NCBI GenBank assembly: GCA_002633005.1
Contig: NMRA01000498.1
Location: 175,772-239,771 of the forward strand
Direction: 5' to 3'
From: Phoronis australis
Taxonomy: Eukaryota > Animalia > Phoronida
DNA: 64,000 bases
This document shows positions 53,001 to 61,201 of this stretch, piece by piece. Position 1 is the stretch's first letter, and each line of letters starts with the position of its first letter. The notes beneath the pieces are model-generated. The model saw nothing but the letters and a program-made list of their open reading frames with translations. It ran no database searches and had not been told where the DNA came from. The translations under genes and the position numbers were made by a program.

Positions 53001-56000
53001 GACACTTTGAGTTCTAACCTAAAGAAACTTTACTGATGAATAAAGGCTGGACACAGGCAGATCCAAGGGGATCAAGGAGGTGCGACCGTCCGGACCCCCT
53101 TTTCTCCCTTGATTTTAGTGATTTTGAAATTGTTGACTTGGACCCCTTTTTTAAAAAATCCTTGATCCGACCTGTCCTTTAAAAAATCCTGGATCTGGAT
53201 CTGCAGGGTAAAGCTTATAATGTGAGATATCAAATGACACATCAGGGCTCGACGCTATTAAAATCGCCAGGTCGCATTTTGCGACCTAGCCAAAATCCCA
53301 GGTCGCATTTTCAAAATCCAGCTCGCATTAGTAAATGCCAGGTCGCAAAATTTTCCCGCCATTTTTACGCGCCAAAATAGATTTTTTAGATCATCGAGAA
53401 AATGTTTAGATTATGCTCTTACCTGCAGCGTTAAATACTCACAAATTTCGGATCTCAAAATTGACTTCATTCATGCAGGTACGGCCTTACTGTTCTTCAC
53501 GACCGCCATTGAAAGACTCTAGAGCGCAGGCAAGTTGCCGACGTGAAAGTTGAATCAGTGCTCTCTAACTGACTTGTGCATTCGAGTAGCTAAATTTGCG
53601 ATGTGAAAAGGGAGAAAATGCCCGTTGAAAAAGTATCCNGGGGGGGGGGGGGTTGTATGAAGAGAAGAATGAAATGTTCACTAACTTGAACCACAATTTC
53701 ACATCTAGTGCCAGTTGAGTTGCAATAGCTGGCTACGGGCATAGAATGCAGGGTTTACAGAACATCGACCTCGGGAAACATCGTAACAGGAAAACGTCAG
53801 TTCTGCGTTATATCGGTCCCGGGACATCGGGACTTTTATAACCGGCGCTGGGAATCTGAGTTCAATTTCAAATAAACCAGAGCCAAGACGGTATACTCTT
53901 TCATTTAGGACTGTCGCTGTTCTTTGAAGTGGTGCGCACGCGTGAGTTCACGCGCTTGAATCGCTGGAGTAGGCCTACACTTTACGTTGGCAACAACGTG
54001 TGAGACAAATCATATTTCGCGCACGTAGCCCCAGAAACAAGTAAAGGGTTTGAGAATTTCTTGGCAACTGAAAGTAAAGACGTGACCGTCGTTTGGCGAT
54101 TAATAAGGTTGTCATTTTCACTTTGGCTGTCTTAATACGATATAAAGGAGAAGCACATCTCAGTCTAAGTCACGATTGTCTGCCAGGACTGCATGCGCGC
54201 TAACGGTGCGATATCAGGGATATTGTCGTGGATATTTGGTACATGTAATAAGGACATCTTCTGTGAAAAATAAACATTTTTGTCCACCACAAAGTTTGGT
54301 AAGTTGATCGCTTAAGAATTAATAGAAACACTGTTGTTTTGTGAAGTTTTATCAAGTGTTAAGCAGTGGCCCGAAACTTTCTTCGGCGAATCTGGGAATT
54401 TACAAAAGTGGCCAAAAGTGTTAGCCAATGAAACGCGTCAAAAATCGATTCTGCATATAATCCCATGTTCACGTGACTTGCTTACAAGTCATCGGGAGGA
54501 CTGTTCTCGGTTAGTGTTCTTTTTAACTTGTATTTGGCAACAACCAAATAACGGTCGGATTAACAAGAGCTGCTTTGTATTTGCCAGGTATCTGTTGAGA
54601 AGGGTAAAAACTCAGCTCGCATTCGTTGGAAATTCCAGGTCGCATTTTGCGACTTTATACGAGCTGACAAAAATCTCAGCTCGCATTTCCAAATTTCAGG
54701 TCGCAAATGCGACCTGCAGCTCGTTATGTCGAGCCCTGCACATTAAGATCTTGCTGCCTCAGTGGACCTGGCTCACCTCTTTTGGAGTCTTGTGAGCAGC
54801 GCACAAAAAGATCCACTGTTCCGTCGCCGTCATCTGCGTGCACGTCTCAGGATTACACTCGCCTTGCAGTTTAACGGCAATACCGTTCAGTTCCATGCAG
54901 AACTGCCTAAGACATAAAAGGGTGAACAAGATTGGGCCAGTGCTCAAAATACTTCTACTAAACAAGTCGATAACCAGCAGGGGATTAAAAACATAACTTT
55001 TTGTAAAATTTGGAAGTGTGCACATATGCAAATAGGGCCAATAATCTCAACAGGAGCGGCAAGAAACCTCAAGTGAAATCCCAAAGTTTCCTCCATCCAG
55101 GACAAAAAAGAGCAATTTGTCCAAAGCTTTCAACTTTTTATTTTTCAAATGCCAAAATGTACACAGCAGGTTGCTTGATAACAGCAGCCTAAACGCCAGT
55201 AATAACAAATTAAGATATCAGATGCTCAACGTCAACCTGTAGATACATAGCGAGAATACCCCTATATACCATGCTGTACATGAAACGCAGTTAGTTATCA
55301 AGTCTTCCTTTAAACACCATCACTAAGTGTAGTAGCCTATTTACCTGAGATGTTCATATTTACCTGAGATGTTCATATTTACCTGAGATGTTCATATTTA
55401 CCTGAGATGTTCATATTTCCACACGCCTTCGTCCTGGCCATCAGGGGGTGACAGAATCTCATCAATACTGCTGAAGTCTTTCCTTATCAACTGCTGTATG
55501 TACTGCTGAACAGCCAGTGTACTCTCCATCTGGTCGAACGCTTCATCTGGCCACCTGCACCAGTTCTGAAGACAATAGGAGACTTTTCATATTGGAGCTC
55601 TCTAGAGTAACGAGAGCACGAAAGTGACTTCTGATTGCTCCGAAATTAGATTTGGTGGGCAGAAATTCAAATATTATCATATAGTGGTTTATTAATATTA
55701 AAGCAGAGGAATAAATTCCACTGTCAGCCAATCCCATTGTTTGATTAGTTTAAATTCACTAAATTATTTTAGGTTGATGACACCAGGTGGGATTGAAATT
55801 CTCCCGCTTTATCTGTCGCGGATATTTCTTCGCAGTCTGTGGAACATGGGAACATGATGTTCTTGTTCATCCAATTAGTTATTTGAATCACCCTGCCAGC
55901 CAATAGCCAACTTTCAAGTTTCCCATCACCTGGAGTTGAGTGACAAGACCATCTGAGTGTGTTTGACAAGGAGTAAAACTTGGTAGCTGAAGTTAGCGAG

Positions 56001-59000
56001 ATCATGAAATTAAACAATTACTCCGCCATGCTCATGACATCTGAATAGTTTCCCATCGCACATAATCCAGCTAATGAACAACAGTTTACCACAGTCCTTA
56101 ACATCAAGCGCCACCTTTTGGCCTGCTTGATTTTTCCACTGATCAACCGTAGGCTTTTATAGTAGCAATGTTGAACATTGATAGTAAACTTTTTCACATT
56201 AATTATTATACAACTTGTCTAATAATTGAAACTTAAAAGACAATTCAGCACGTGATTATTTTTCGCAGCAATGTGATTCATAGCAACTCTCTGTGGTGGC
56301 AGGGCAGTAAAATTCAAGCACAGGTACACACTATTGCAATTAAGGTGAATATCTTTCTGTTTTGAGTTTGAACACTTTGCTTGTTGCTTGAAAAATCTAT
56401 GTGCCTAAATGTTTTTCACGGCTTTACATTTTTAACGGTCAAAATGGCTGGTGCCAGTATGCTGCCAAGCAAGGTGGTGCTGATCTGCGACGCACGTGAT
56501 ACGACCACACGACGCTTCATCATATCAAAGCGCAACTTTGCAAAAGCTGTATGTTTTTGTGAGAAAAAACAGTGGAAATAACAATCCTACATGCAATTCT
56601 TAATACAAATTGAAAACAGTACGTGACCAAGAAATTTTAATTCCGAAATAATTTAATTGTTTTAGTTCTCTTGGGGATTAATACATCACGTAATTCCTGA
56701 ACGTCTAATCCAACAGTCAAAACAACCAATTTCCCATCGACTTCAGCATCTGAGAAGACGTTCAGTTACCACACAACCCTGGACCAGTGGACCACACCAG
56801 TTTCAATCTGTCAGGTGTCAACACTCCTCAAGCAAGCACCTGTCAAGATCCCTCCAGAACAAAAATAGATTTACTTCAGTTCATTGTGTGCAAGGTTGGT
56901 AGAGCTTTGTCGGAGAACGCAATTAGCTTTATGAAAATACGCTAAGCAGCAGCACCATCGTCATCAAAAGTTGACTTCGTTTCTCAAGTCGTTCCGTAAG
57001 CTGGTCTAACATTCAGCCAGTCAGTTTGCTAGTGAGTTTGTTTCTGAAGAACAGAGGATGCGTGTTTGGTAGTAAGTAATGAAATTGTTATTTTACATTG
57101 GTATGGAAAATATTACAAAAGCACAGGTGCTAGAAACCGATATACATTATAACTCTCTACAATATAAGACTGGAATGTAAAGAATGACAGTAACAGATAC
57201 AGATGTCAGAGGAGGAAATGATCAAAATAATAGAATTCCATATTGCATGGTCATGACACGATTCAAAATTGATGTTTTGCATATGGTGAAATTAGGGTTT
57301 CAAAAACTAGTTTGTCTAATTTCCCCCCGGAAAGTTGCTCCAAAGAGACAAACCTTGGCTGGTAACAGAATTTGTCCCATACCACTCTGACTGACAGGAT
57401 TTATGACTCTTGCGATGCTTGCAGAGTTCCTCAAACTAAGACGGCTTAACGAATTTGGTCCAATACAGCGAAGGTTTTTAAAAATCTCCAAAGTAAGGAA
57501 ATTTTTTCTTTGCTCTAGTAGGGCTGGGGAATTGAGTTAGCTCTGGAGTGCAACAGGGAGTATGATTGATAATCATTGAAAACAAACCTTGGTGCAGCAG
57601 TATTGAATTTTTTTCCAATTTTCTCCCTCTAGGAATACTGCACATGAGCCAAACAAGCGAATCCTAATTAAAATATGATGTTATAAATACAGTATACAAT
57701 TGTACTTTGGTTTCAACATCAAGCCATTGAGTAGTTGGCAGAGAGCCATCAGAAACCAGTGCTACTCACGTGTTGGCTCTTCTTGAGGTTTTCCCCGAAC
57801 TGCAGTTTTCAAAAAAATTTAGAATGTGCTAATTCACAATGTGCTACAGTTGTTGTCTGGATAACATAATCATCTTGCGTTCTGTTCACGTTTCCTTCTC
57901 AAGAATTCATAATCAACTACAGAAGAAATCTGTTATTAAAAGTCCCAAAAGCGTCACTCCTTTGTCTGTTTTTGCTTCCGCCAGAAGAAACTCTCGAAGA
58001 CTACAAGTAATCTCATTTCCAAATGGTATACTAGTAAAACTAGGTCAGTAGGTTAACTTTTAGCATTTTTTTTCAAATTACAACATTAGCTTTATGGCTG
58101 AGTTTGATTAAATGATACGGGTGTCTGGAACATGTTGTTATTTCTCCATATACTGCAAACTTCTTTCATCAACTGACTGTATTTTGGTTCATTTAAGCCT
58201 CGCAACTATGACAGATAATGCATTGATCTGCAACAAGAACAAAGATTTTGTTTTAAGCATAAGCCATCGAACTGGCTCCGATTTATTTTCAGAATGTCCG
58301 ATTGATTTTACTTTAGCCCAGGTTCATTTCCGGAAGCAGCATATATAGAGAATTTGCCCTTCAAATTTGTCGTGAATTTGACAATTCAAGGCAAAGAACC
58401 ACTCCGTTCGGAAGTTGTTGTTTTCTCTATTGCCAATTAACTTGGTACAAAGATTGGTTGCCACACTCCAATGTCAGTCTCAAATTTGGCAAATTTTTGT
58501 CCGGCTGACAAAATGTCCTGAAGATTTTGACATTTTAGGACAAATGGCCAAGACCAGGAGGAAATAGCAAACTCTTTATACAGGTGAACTAGTGTTGCAA
58601 GCCTTGAGTAAACTACTGTAGTAACTGCCCAACAGCAACACCCTAGCATCTCGGAATTTGTCCTCAGCAATGCTCTCCTGAGTTCCGAATCAACAACAAC
58701 TGCACCCCACTGCTTCATCGATAAAACCGGCAAGCGTGCTAACCATTCTACTACTGTTCATTAGCGAGTGGCTAACAGAGGTTCATATGATTCACCGAAG
58801 CACGTCTATAACACTACCTTCTGGAAATAATTTATCTACAGACAGATTNCTGCCGAAAAGCAATGCACAGTTCAAACAACTCGGCATAAATAAAAGAAAA
58901 CTTTTGAATCAACTAATACTATTGATTTGTGAGAGTCAAATCAAGTTCTATGCAGAGTATAACTTTGAAGTGGAATAGTTGGGTGAGTACGACAACAAGC

Positions 59001-59284
59001 CGGTTTTATGCTTAGGCGGACGACCATTGGGTTCCCGAGTATACAGTGAGTTGTAGGTCTAGTGCTGAACTGTTGTGTTGAATTCTGAATAGTTTTGTCA
59101 AATCGATTTCATTCTAGCGACATTTGTGACTGATCTGAAGGTTTCACATTAGTATGTATAATCCCACCTATATGGACTGCAGTCGAAACTGGCTTTATAG
59201 CACGGTTGTGGACACTGTAGGCCTACTTACCTCAGCCTTTGTTCCCGGGCGGTTTCTCCGTAAAACCTGCACAGGTTCCGACAT
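50099..59284 (-). CDS. MOB4: MOB4 / phocein (STRIPAK component), 220 aa. Exons on the minus strand: 59284-59231, 55565-55402, 54906-54777, 51794-51715, 50757-50646, 50221-50099.
   Basis: Spliced translation [18 protein letters not shown]...[11 protein letters not shown]...[112 protein letters not shown]...[26 protein letters not shown] is recognisably MOB4. All introns are GT-AG, phases are consistent, and the CDS totals 663 nt. Confidence 0.97.
51524..51690. repeat. 41-bp minisatellite, 4 copies, in MOB4 intron 4 close to the donor site
   Basis: Unit AAATGTGAAAATTAGCAGCTAAATTCTCATCAGTACGCCAT repeated head-to-tail without spacers. Confidence 0.9.
53243..54738. mobile_element. Non-autonomous DNA transposon of about 1.5 kb, hAT-like ends, 5-bp TSD, in MOB4 intron 3
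   Basis: Perfect 11-bp TIR CAGGGCTCGAC / GTCGAGCCCTG; flanking direct repeat CACAT (53238-53242 and 54739-54743); several subterminal CAG(G/C)TCGCA motifs at both ends; no transposase ORF. Confidence 0.85.
55343..55418 (-). repeat. Perfect 19-bp tandem repeat, 4 copies, spanning the MOB4 exon-2 donor (AAATATGAACATCTCAG|GT)
   Basis: Plus-strand ACCTGAGATGTTCATATTT starts at 55343, 55362, 55381 and 55400. Confidence 0.92.
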
Positions 59285-59514
59285 TTTTGTTTTTCCTTCA
59301 ATATTCTAGGTCAGGTGGCAGCACTGTTTAACTTGTGTGGCAGTTACGTTTTGCTAAATTTTCAAACGAAGAATCTTCCTGATGCAATAAAACTAGAATT
59401 TATGATAAACCCAAATAATAAAAGCATAAAGCATTTTCTATGAAGAATTGAAATATACGAGAAACAATACGAGAACAGAATATGTACATAAAGAAATCGA
59501 GGGTCTCCATCAAT

Positions 59515-59609
59515 GGCTCCGTGGCTTAGTTGGTTAAAGCGCCTGTCTAGTACACTTGCTAACTGGACTGGTTAACAGGAGATCACGAGTTCGAATCTCG
59601 TCGGGGCCT
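59515..59609 (+). tRNA. tRNA-Thr-AGT: tRNA-Thr (anticodon AGT) with a 21-nt intron (59553-59573) at the canonical 37/38 position
   Basis: Acceptor stem GGCTCCG/CGGGGCC; D arm with A box TGGCTTAGTTGG; anticodon stem CCTGT/ACAGG with loop CT-AGT-A^A; T arm ACGAG-TTCGAAT-CTCGT (B box); TTTTT Pol III terminator at 59612-59616. Mature length is 74 nt. Confidence 0.93.
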
Positions 59610-59908
59610 TCTTTTTGAGTTTCGTTCTTTGGCATTGACAGCAGCCTAGTTAGTCTCACAAATACTGACAGGAAAAGAAAACACCATCACACACAAAAAA
59701 AATCGACTCAGTTGTGAAACTTAGGATTCGCATATCAGACTGGTTGTCGGTACTGAAAAGAATTGCACAGTAGTCATGACAAAGTGAAGTATGTAACTTG
59801 GCTGCACTCACACCCGCCCGTGTTGGTGTTGTCAGTTTTGACGACTGTACTGATTAACCCATTACACACATTACTACACAACTAATATATTGTCAAAGTA
59901 CATCTTTT

Positions 59909-60056
59909 CAGTGCCTGATTTAGGGAGGGGGGCAAGGGGTCATGCCCCCCTAAAATTCTCCCAGATTCCAACTGGCAGTTCGGGGGTGCGAATGGGCAAA
60001 ATTAGCTAATACTCTGCACTGTTCCCCCTAACTCAAAATTCTGGATCCGCCCCTTG
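59909..60056. mobile_element. Short interspersed MITE-like repeat (CAGGGGCGGATCCAG-type family); related pieces near 1826, 31416, 39225 and 53055
   Basis: Shared GGCGGATCCAG / AATTTTGAGTT(A/G)GGGG motifs occur in either orientation at several sites in the window. Confidence 0.55.
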
Positions 60057-60168
60057 CTTTTGCGATATAATTTGAAAATAAAAACCCTGATATAGAATAG
60101 ATGTAGTTGGAACTGACCCCACAGATGTTTGTAGGCCTATTGTTTCGAGCTCACAATGTAAACCTTGG

Positions 60169-60540
60169 TGTAGGGAACCCGTTTAGGCAATTTTGTTGGA
60201 AAAGGCCGGGCACGTACCCTTTCATAGGGCGAACATTAAGTCGTCGTGAAAGTTCAGTCATTTGAACGGCATGCATCCCGTTCAATACAGTCTTGACGAG
60301 CCGGAGTATATACCCTCGATCCCGACAGGCACAACACGAAGGGGTCAACTGAGCCGTGTTGGAGAGTAGTGAGTTGTGCTTTTCAGGTGGTAATCCCCGA
60401 TGTTTTGGTCCGGTGTCGTGTTTGCCTGTCGGTGAGTCGAATCCGTGAGTAGGTGTACTGATCTACTTTGACCACGAACTGTGTTTAAAAGTACGGTACG
60501 TACTGACTGTCCGTCCATGAGCGGTTTGTACCGCACCACA
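60169..60540 (+). mobile_element. Possible solo LTR of about 370 bp
   Basis: TGTAG...CCACA termini, TATA-like GAGTATATACC at about 60304, internal inverted repeat (60322-60339 with 60416-60432), and a degenerate TTAAAA signal about 50 nt from the end. Flanks CTTGG/CTGAG match only 3 of 5. Confidence 0.35.
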
Positions 60541-60782
60541 CTGAGTGGTTGTGGATTTCCTAAGAATGTGTAGACTTTTGTATCGCCATGAAACGGCCGA
60601 ATGCATCATTTAACATTTAATTTGCGCTGTATGCAGTCAAAAGCGCAGTCACGTTATTTTCCATACACAGCACCTAAAACGAAAAGTGTGGATTCTTTGA
60701 ACATTACGTCTATTAGTATAAAATTTCGCTATTGTCACAAATGGCTTCACGCTCTCGAGTTCATTAATGCGTATTGCGTGTG

Positions 60783-60807
60783 TGACGTCAACGTATTGAT
60801 GACGTCA
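60783..60807. promoter_or_regulatory. Two perfect palindromic CRE sites (TGACGTCA)
   Basis: TGACGTCA at 60783-60790 and 60800-60807, 16 nt before ATG 60824; TATAAAA at 60717-60723. Confidence 0.4.
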
Positions 60808-60823
60808 GAATTCATATTTGAAT

Positions 60824-61201
60824 ATGGCTGTACCCATCAGGGTATTAGCAGACTTGATGGTCTTTCTAATGGCGTGTATATCAGCGTTTGTGAATATTAT
60901 CAAGCGACATATAGTACCAATCACAGAGAACCTCTTGGACATCAAAACAGCAATAATTTCTGTCATGCTGGGGGATTTTGAAGATGATGACTTGAGTGAG
61001 GAACACCAAGATTCAAGTATCACTTTGACTAAAGTAGATGAAAACGGACAGACCAAAACTGTTCACTATGAATATATTGAAGACATTCTCGACGACATCC
61101 CAGAAACACCACACGGGCATCAGGAAACTACAGCAGCTGCAACCATCAATTCAGAAACAAAACTCAAACCATGTCTTCTTCCTACTGCTACAGTGCATTG
61201 A
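60824..61201 (+). CDS. Probable N-terminal segment (hydrophobic leader plus acidic block) of the acidic repeat protein, out of frame with the rest
   Basis: MAVPIRVLADLMVFLMACISAFVNII...GDFEDDDLSEE...HYEYIEDILDDIPE is near-identical to an in-frame internal copy starting at 62635. Here a deletion of about 16 nt near 61191 leads to TGA at 61199-61201. Confidence 0.55.
   Translation: MAVPIRVLADLMVFLMACISAFVNIIKRHIVPITENLLDIKTAIISVMLGDFEDDDLSEEHQDSSITLTKVDENGQTKTVHYEYIEDILDDIPETPHGHQETTAAATINSETKLKPCLLPTATVH

Noticed and set aside
51524-55418. 41-bp and 19-bp repeat arrays as CRISPR-like arrays
   Set aside because: They are head-to-tail repeats without unique spacers, there are no cas genes, and the context is eukaryotic introns.
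57700-58980. ORFs of 70-98 aa inside MOB4 intron 1
   Set aside because: No recognisable protein features or consistent splice phases.
60150-60600. Candidate telomerase, 7SK, SRP or RNase P/MRP RNA
   Set aside because: I found no CTAACCCTAA-type template and no diagnostic motifs on either strand; an LTR-like origin is simpler.
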